A stretch of DNA of 64,000 nt from the human T2T-CHM13v2.0 reference genome, Homo sapiens, in NCBI RefSeq assembly GCF_009914755.1, contig NC_060931.1. One strand, 5' to 3'. Position numbers and translations under genes: made by a program. This document shows positions 52,929-64,000 of the stretch, piece after piece; position 1 is the stretch's first letter; every line of letters starts with the position of its first letter. The notes under the pieces were generated by a model. That model did no database searches. It was not told the DNA's origin and worked only from the letters and a program-made list of their open reading frames with translations.

Positions 52929-53910
52929 CATGGGTGGACGTCCAATCTTTTGGCTTCCCCAGGCCGCACTGGAAGAAGAATTGTCTTGGGCCACACATAA
53001 AATACACTAAAACTAATGACAGCTGATGAGCTAAAAAATAAATAAATAAAAGTTAAAATCTCATAATTTTTTTTATACTTTAAGTTCTAGGGTACATGTG
53101 CACAACGTGCAGGTTTGTTACATATGTATACATGTGCCATGTTGGTGTGCTGCACCCATTAACTCGTCATTTACATTAGGTATATCTCCTAAAGCTATTC
53201 CTCCCCTCTCCCCCCACCCCACAACAGGCCCTGGTGTGTGATGTTCCCCTTCCTGTGTCCAGGTGTTCTCACTGTTCAATTCCCACCTATGAGTGAGAAC
53301 ATGCGGTGTTTGGTTTTCTGTCCTTACAATAGTTTGCTGAGAATGATGGTTTCCAGCTTCATCCAAGTCCCTACAAAGGACATGAACTCATCATTTTTTA
53401 TGGCTGCATTGTATTCTGTGTATATGGGCCACATTTTCTTAATCCAGTCTATCATTGTTGGACATTTGGGTTGGTTCCAAGTCTTTGCTATTGTGAATAG
53501 TGCTGCAATAAACATACGTGTGCACGTGTCTTTACAGCAGCATGATTTATAATCCTTTGGGTATATACCCAGTAATGGGATGGCTGGGTCAAATGGTATT
53601 TCTAGTTCTAGATCCCTGAGGAATCGCCACACTGACTTCCACAATGGTTGAACTAGTTTACAGTCCCACCAACAGCATAAAAGTATTCCTATTTCTCCAC
53701 ATCCTCTCCAGCACCTGTGGTTTCCTGACTTTTTAATGATCGCCATTCTAACTGGTGTGAGATGGTATCTCAATGTGGTTTTGATTTGCATTTCTCTGAT
53801 GGCCAGTGATGATGAAAATGTTTTAAGAAAGTTTATGAATTTGTGTTGGGCCACATTCAAAGCCTTCCCAGGCCACATATGGTCTGCAGTACATGGGTTG
53901 AATGAGCTTG
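52929..53910. mobile_element. MER30-like hAT DNA transposon interrupted by an L1PA 3' fragment (53066-53816, -)
   Basis: 8-bp TSD GTTTAGAC at 52921 and 53911; ORF 53324-53878 is the L1 ORF2 C-terminus ([10 protein letters not shown]). Confidence 0.85.
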
Positions 53911-54810
53911 GTTTAGACTTTCCGGGATTGAGGAGAAGTTTCTTTTTAAGATGACAATCATAAAGGTATGTCTGTAGGCTGAGGTACTGATCAAGTAGAC
54001 TGGGAAAATTTATAACGCAGAAGAGAGAAGAATAATTTCAAGAGCAAGATTATAAGAGATCCTTGCAGATCAGATGGTTATGATGACCTGTGTTAGTCCT
54101 CCCCCATATTGCTAAACCCAAATAATCTTGTCTCCATTGGATGAATTCTACTACTGGCCTCTTCTTGGACTTATTCTGTGGACAATTTGGCAGTAAATGG
54201 ATATGTGAGTAATAGTCTCCAAATCTGGTTCTTTAGTGCTCCCACTGATTCTGACATCTTCCCATCATGCCTTCAATAAGGCTTTTTTCTGCTTGTTTCA
54301 TTCAGAGTCCATTTCTGTTGCTTGGAACCAATACCCATAACTAACACAAAATCTCAGGTCACCCTATTTTTTTTTTCATTAAACACATAAGATTACTGAG
54401 GCCTTGAGAGGTTAAGTAACTTACCACTGTTATCAAGTGGCAGACTCTCCTCCAGATCATTCTGATTCCAAATCACAAGGCTAGGAACCCTCAAAGAACA
54501 GAAAGGTATTTTCAGCCTGTGAAATAATAAAAGTTAATATGCCTACCTGCTATGGCAAGTCCAACGTAGACCAAGGAAAAGCACAAGCAGATGTGTAAAA
54601 AATCTTAAGTTTCACAATGCAATTCCAAACATCTAGTCTACCACCTGGATCATACTAGGCACTCAACAAAGATTTGTTAAACACAACATGGATTACAAGA
54701 ATTATGTTATATATTATTATGTATGTATACAAAATGTATTATTCTTTCCCTTATGAATTCTTACACACTGTGATTCATGGAACACTAAGGGTCTAAGAAT
54801 ATAACTTTTA

Positions 54811-55120
<310 letters not shown>

Positions 55121-55563
55121 AGAATACAACTTTTATATCATGCATCCTCCCTTTCAAACAGCCATCATTCACCATTTACTTCCCATGCTTCCAAAAGTAA
55201 GCAACACACTCCAATTTTAAACTCCATAAATACTCTCTGGTGGCATGTTTTATATATTTTTGTTAATAAAAATAATAATAGATAAGGGCCCTTATATCTT
55301 TATCTTGCCTTCTTTTTTTCAGGGTGTCAGTGACCTTTATATGTCTTCTTTCAAAGGGACTTTTTAAAAAGTTTTCCCTAATTCTCTAAAGATCTACTCA
55401 AATGTTCTCCACAGTGCTTGGATACCTGACACCAAGCTGGAATACTGGAATTGTGTGTTAAATGTGTTTTTCTTCCAGTAGTAAAACAGCATAAGGAAGC
55501 TATCTCCCTGAAAAACTTTAGAGGTTTATATGAATTAATTTAAGGAGCTTATCCTATTCCACT

Positions 55564-56535
55564 CTACACTCGGGGCAACCACAATTGCAGTCGTTGAATG
55601 CACTGGGTGATAACATCTCTCCTCAGCACTCTTCTCAGAGCCTTAGCTACATCTTTATTCCGGAGAGTATAAATCAGAGAATTCAATGTGGGCGTAATGA
55701 TGCTGTAGAACACAGAACCAACTTTGTTCTGCAATAGAGTGCACTGGGACCTGGGTCTCATGTAGGAGAAGATGCAGGCACCAAACCAAAGAGAAACCAC
55801 CGTGAGGTGGGAGCCACAAGTGGCAAAGGCATTTCTCTTGCTCCCAGATGAGCGCATCTGAATGACACTTTGAAGGATGAAGACATAGGATGTAGAAATC
55901 AGGAAGATGGGGAGGAGGAGGAGAATGCTGCTGATGTACACTGTGGTCTCATACACAGTGATGTCGCCACATACCAACTTCACAACAGCTGGGAACTCAC
56001 AGTAGAAGTGGTAGACTTTCCGAGGCCCACAGAAAGGGAAGTGCATCAAGATCGCCATGTGAATTAGGGAGTTCACGGATGCCCCCAACCATGACATGAC
56101 AGCCATCATCAGTCCCACCTTCTTGTTCATGAGCACAGCATAGCGCAGTGGATGACAGATGGCAACATAGCGGTCATAGGACATGACAGCTAAGAGAAAA
56201 CATTCAGCACCACCTAGACACAAATAGAGGAAGTGCTGGGTTGCACAGCCCACAAAGGAGATAGATTTCTTGCCAGATAGGTAGTTGGTAGCCATCTTCA
56301 GGATGATTGTGGAGACATGCATCAGATCCATGAGGGAGAGCTGGCTGAGCAGGAAATACATTGGTGTATGAAGCTGGGGATCAATGCAGATGAGGAGAAT
56401 GGTGAGGGTGTTGCCACTCACCGCAATAAGGAAGACCACCATGGTCAAGGAGAAAAGGAAAAGGTGGGTAAGGGAGTCATCGAAGAGCCCCTCAAGGATG
56501 AAGTCTGCCAGAGAGGTCTGATTCTTCTGCCACAT
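55564..56535 (-). CDS. OR2AE1: Olfactory receptor 2AE1, 323 aa
   Basis: Intact ORF from MWQKNQTS (N-glycosylation sequon); OR motifs LHTPMYFLLSQLS, MSYDRYVAICHPLRY, HFYCE, AFATCGSHL, LIYTLRNKDV; position next to CYP3A43. Confidence 0.95.
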   Translation of the reverse strand: MWQKNQTSLADFILEGLFDDSLTHLFLFSLTMVVFLIAVSGNTLTILLICIDPQLHTPMYFLLSQLSLMDLMHVSTIILKMATNYLSGKKSISFVGCATQHFLYLCLGGAECFLLAVMSYDRYVAICHPLRYAVLMNKKVGLMMAVMSWLGASVNSLIHMAILMHFPFCGPRKVYHFYCEFPAVVKLVCGDITVYETTVYISSILLLLPIFLISTSYVFILQSVIQMRSSGSKRNAFATCGSHLTVVSLWFGACIFSYMRPRSQCTLLQNKVGSVFYSIITPTLNSLIYTLRNKDVAKALRRVLRRDVITQCIQRLQLWLPRV

Positions 56536-56712
56536 TGTCCCCTTTCTCAATCCCTGAGGAAACAGAGAGTGGAGATAAAGAGTGTGACTGGAAATACTGG
56601 GGTCCAGTATACCCAAGGAAAAGCACCTTTTGATAGAGGACAGAACCTGTGAAAAAAATTTCCGTTTCTAATTATTCAACCTCTCTAATTATTCAAATAA
56701 CCTTTTTTTAAA

Positions 56713-57037
56713 AGAGAGCTTAGAAATCTGCCTTCACAAACATAATCACTCTGAAATTTCAGAATATCTGGACTCTATTATCAAACTTCAAGTCTCTTCT
56801 CGTTAAGAAAGATATATATGTGTGTGTGTGTGTGTGTGTATGTATATGTATGTGTGTATATATTTATTCCCCATTTACTTCCTAGGCTTCCAAAACACAC
56901 ATATGTATACACACACACACACACACACATTTGTCTTTCTTAATGAGAAGAGACTTGAAGTTTGATACTTAATGGAGTCTAGATATTCTGAGATTTCAGA
57001 GTGATCATGTTTGTGAAGGCAGATTTTTAAGCTCTCT
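56713..57037. repeat. Long inverted repeat (~140-bp arms, ~35-nt spacer)
   Basis: Left AGAGAGCTTAGAAATCTGCCTTCACAAAC...(TG)n; right (CA)n...GTTTGTGAAGGCAGATTTTTAAGCTCTCT. Confidence 0.95.
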
Positions 57038-57328
57038 CTCTCTATACAGACACACACAGAGAGACAGTTTGGAGAAAAGCTTGGGGGCGTTGCTTATTTT
57101 ATCAGTGAGGATTTTACTAGAAAAGCTATAACACTAAGAGATTTCTCTTATACAATTGTGGAAGCTGGTTAGGCAATCTATGCGTGGCTGTTACCTTTGT
57201 GTCTGATGCTGGAACTTTAATTCCAGAGGGCAAGTAGTCAGGAAAAAAAAAATGGATATAAAGAGTGGCAGATCAAAGTCATGCTGGAACCCACAAGCAT
57301 GAGCTGCAATCCCACAAAGGCAGACTGA

Positions 57329-57702
<374 letters not shown>

Positions 57703-57745
57703 GCTGGGGCGCTTCTTAATGGCCAGATTAAAAATGCACACACCT

Positions 57746-58088
<343 letters not shown>

Positions 58089-58915
58089 TCAGAAAAACTA
58101 AAGGAGAATCCAAGGGAAGGCCTTTTGAAGACCATCTGGTTGGCAACACGTTTTGGTGCTGGGGCAGTGTCCTCTAGGATGTGAAATATACTCTAAATCT
58201 GCATCCAATTTATGCTGCTCTTCCTCCCATAGCAAGATTCATGGAACCAGAAATCACCAGGTAGAAGAGAGAATGAGTCCTCTCACTATAGCCCCCATAA
58301 CTGTGACCCACCAGCACAATTTTAGTTTTCTATCCCTTCACTTTTAGCTTTTGCTGTTTTAGAGGTCTTAGTTCCAAAGGGAGAAATTCTTCTACCAGGT
58401 GTCACAACAATAATCCCATTTTCTGATAGTTAAGACTGCCACCATGCCACTTGGGGCTCCTCATAGAACTGAATCAATAGGCAAATAAGGTTACTCTATT
58501 GGCTAGTAAGACTGATTCTGACTAGCAATGGGAAATTCAGTCACTACTATACAGTGAGGATATGGAGAATTATGTCTGCAGTCAGATTTTCTAGGGTGTA
58601 CTCTCATGTCTCATGATGTAAGCCAATAGAAAACTACAACCCAATTCAGACAAGACTGCTAGTGGCCCAGATGCTTCAGGAATAAAGGTTTGGGTTACCC
58701 CACCAGGCAAAGAGTCATGAATAACTGTAGACAAAGAGAATTGGAATGGGTAGTGAAAGCAAGTCGTTATAAATACCAGCCAAAAACCATGTGAGCAGCT
58801 ACAGAAACAAAAACTGTAATAGTTATGGGCATTTATTCTGTGTGTGTGTGTATGTGTACTGAATATTTGTTTTCTTCTCCTCTGTCATCCCCCGTATCTA
58901 ACATAAGATGTATTA

Positions 58916-59695
<780 letters not shown>

Positions 59696-61418
59696 GTCAC
59701 ATCTATTACTGTCTCTCTCCTAATGCAGTCTACAGTCTCATCTTTCTGGCTGTCACTTCACACTGTTATTTCACACTCAGCTTCTGGTGGACTAGAAGCT
59801 CAACTTCTCCCATGCTCCTCCTGATCACTCCAACCCATTAGAGATCTCCACACACTTCCCTTTTATTTAAGTATCCATATACTTCTCTATCACTTTCCAC
59901 ATTAGTGTCCATCTTTCTCTACAAATCTCCATGGTGTAAGTTTTTCACCATCTGACCTGTGTCTCTCTTCCTCCCTTCAGCAACTTTGCTAATAATTTCC
60001 CATTCTGATTTGTGGCCTTCAAGTGACTTTTTTTTTTCTCTGCCTTCCAAGGAAGCTTTCCTTATGGATTGACTTAAGGGATAAGCTGACAATGCCCTAA
60101 TTTATAATAAAGGTTTCCTAAATACCTCAAGCCCTAATATTATCTTACCTGTTATTTCCCTGCAGAGACTCGTAGGAAGACAAAGCATAGAAATGAAATG
60201 CAGAGGGCAAGAGAGGTCCACACTGACCCACCTGTTGGCTACTGTTGATCAAAACAAGCCTTTTCTGAGGTGCTCACCAGACTTCCTTCCCTAAGCCTGG
60301 AAATTTCCATTTACGTTACATTTACTGTGGAACGGCATAGAAGAAATTGCCCCAACGCAGGCATTGTTGTTTGCACTAATTACCCTAATGGCAGAATATC
60401 ACCAGGACCAATGGGACACATGTGTGTTCATATTGTGAGCTCCATCAACACACATCAGGACAGATTAAGTAACTGAACTTTAGCCTCTACTAGTTGGACC
60501 TTTGAATCACACATATGCTTCCTCTGGCTCTATATGTATATTTGAGACAACCCTCCATTCCAATATCGGAGCTTGGGCAATAGGAATTTCCATTAATATT
60601 ACTTTATTAAGAAGGTAAACTGAATACCAGTTTAATCATGAATGTGCCCAGAGTCAAAAGAAAATCTGTTATGGTTTTCCATTGTTTTGGATCTCTCAAG
60701 GCACTCTCTTCTTAGCTTTACACTTCCTTCCCTACTTAATAAAATATGAATTTGGCTGATGCAGTCAGGAAGCACTTTTCTGACTGCATAAATGTCTTCT
60801 CAATAGTAATCATGGGGGTTAGAGTAAGAACATTCTTGGTCTGATGTGAGCCAATCATAAGAAAAAACAGACATCATCTGGGAGAAATAAAACATCCCCC
60901 TAACCCAGAGGACCTATGTCAGCTGAAGCAAATTGTGGACACTAAATAGAATGGCGTCAGGGATTCCATCCCAGAGGACACATCTTGCATGGCTTCTGGA
61001 GACCATTACTCAAGATGTCAATTAGACTGTGCTGTATGCACTGAGATAAGCATCCCCAAAGGGCTTTACTTGGAGTTTGTTCCAAGTGATCAGGAGAATG
61101 AGATATTTTGCGGAGTGAGCCTGAAGATAACAGGAGAATATTCTCCTCAGGGGCCAATTAACTGTGGAGATAAAAAATTCTTAGAGTCCCTTGATTGTTT
61201 TTCACTTGGGAACCCAGATTTCTGTAACGCCTTTCCACGCAACCCTTTTGAGAAGACAGTCTGAGTAATAATATCTAGTCTCTTTTGCCCACAGGACCCT
61301 TTTGAGGGTTTCCATGTGCCATATCATAGGAAAGAAGTCAAGGAATAGAGGCAGGCAGTTCCCATCCTAGCTGTTGATCGTACTCCAATTTCATAGACTA
61401 CATGAATATAACATGTCA

Positions 61419-61740
<322 letters not shown>

Positions 61741-61899
61741 AGATTTCAGACACAGAGGGAAAAGGAAAAAATGGCATAACCCTACCTCTCCTTCTTATGC
61801 ACTCCGATATCATTCTCATACCCTGCCCTTCCTTTCCATTATAGGGATATGTTGACCTCTTCTTTGTTTCTCCATCTCAACTCAAATCCTAAAATGTTT

Positions 61900-62167
61900 T
61901 GCTTCACTGATATTCGCTGGTTGTTTAAAATTGTGTAGCACTCTCCCCAACTCTCTCTCACTCCTGCTTTCTCCATGTGACCTACCTGCTCTCACTTTGC
62001 CTTCTACGGTGAGTAAAAGCTCCCTGAGGCCTCCCAAGAAGATCATCGGACACAAGCACCAGGCTTCCTGTACAGCCTGCAGAACCATGAGCCAATTAAA
62101 CCTCTTTTCTTTATACATTACCCAGCCTTGGGTACTTCTTATAGCAATGGAGGAATAACCTAATACA
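61900..62167. mobile_element. THE1/MST MaLR LTR fragment
   Basis: CAGCCTGCAGAACCATGAGCCAATTAAACCTCTTTTCTTTAT...CTAATACA. Confidence 0.75.
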
Positions 62168-62169
62168 GA

Positions 62170-64000
<1,831 letters not shown>

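Noticed and set aside
53324-53878. 184-aa ORF
   Set aside because: C-terminus of a 5'-truncated L1 ORF2
56536-56616. 27-aa N-terminal extension of the OR ORF (350 aa in the track)
   Set aside because: Starts at a non-ATG codon and spans a strong splice acceptor; the ATG at 56535 gives a typical OR N-terminus

Overview
Primate (human-like) genomic DNA matching the 3' end of the CYP3A cluster (recognised as chr7q22.1). It holds the complete 13-exon CYP3A43 gene on + (ATG 7630, TGA 45503, 503 aa, all introns GT-AG). Downstream lie a detritus CYP3A exon-4/exon-6 pseudogene (CYP3A52P-like, ~49.3-52.0 kb) and the single-coding-exon olfactory receptor OR2AE1 on - (56535->55564). The rest is mainly Alus, L1 fragments, ERV1/MaLR LTRs and DNA-transposon relics, which explain most short ORFs. 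I see no new multi-gene system. The most unusual structures are: (1) an ERV3/HERV15-like env provirus in intron 1 with an outward-facing LTR U5 end on both sides and an inverted gag-like fragment; (2) a ~325-bp fold-back palindrome just upstream of OR2AE1; (3) intronic micro-duplications giving a tandem perfect DR1 and a perfect AGTTCA DR4, while the promoter ER6 has decayed; (4) a 35-bp templated insertion inside an Alu; (5) a NAGNAG acceptor splitting the PERF motif. Repeat subfamily names and CYP3A4/5 comparisons are from memory, not from a search; repeat boundaries are approximate unless TSDs are given.
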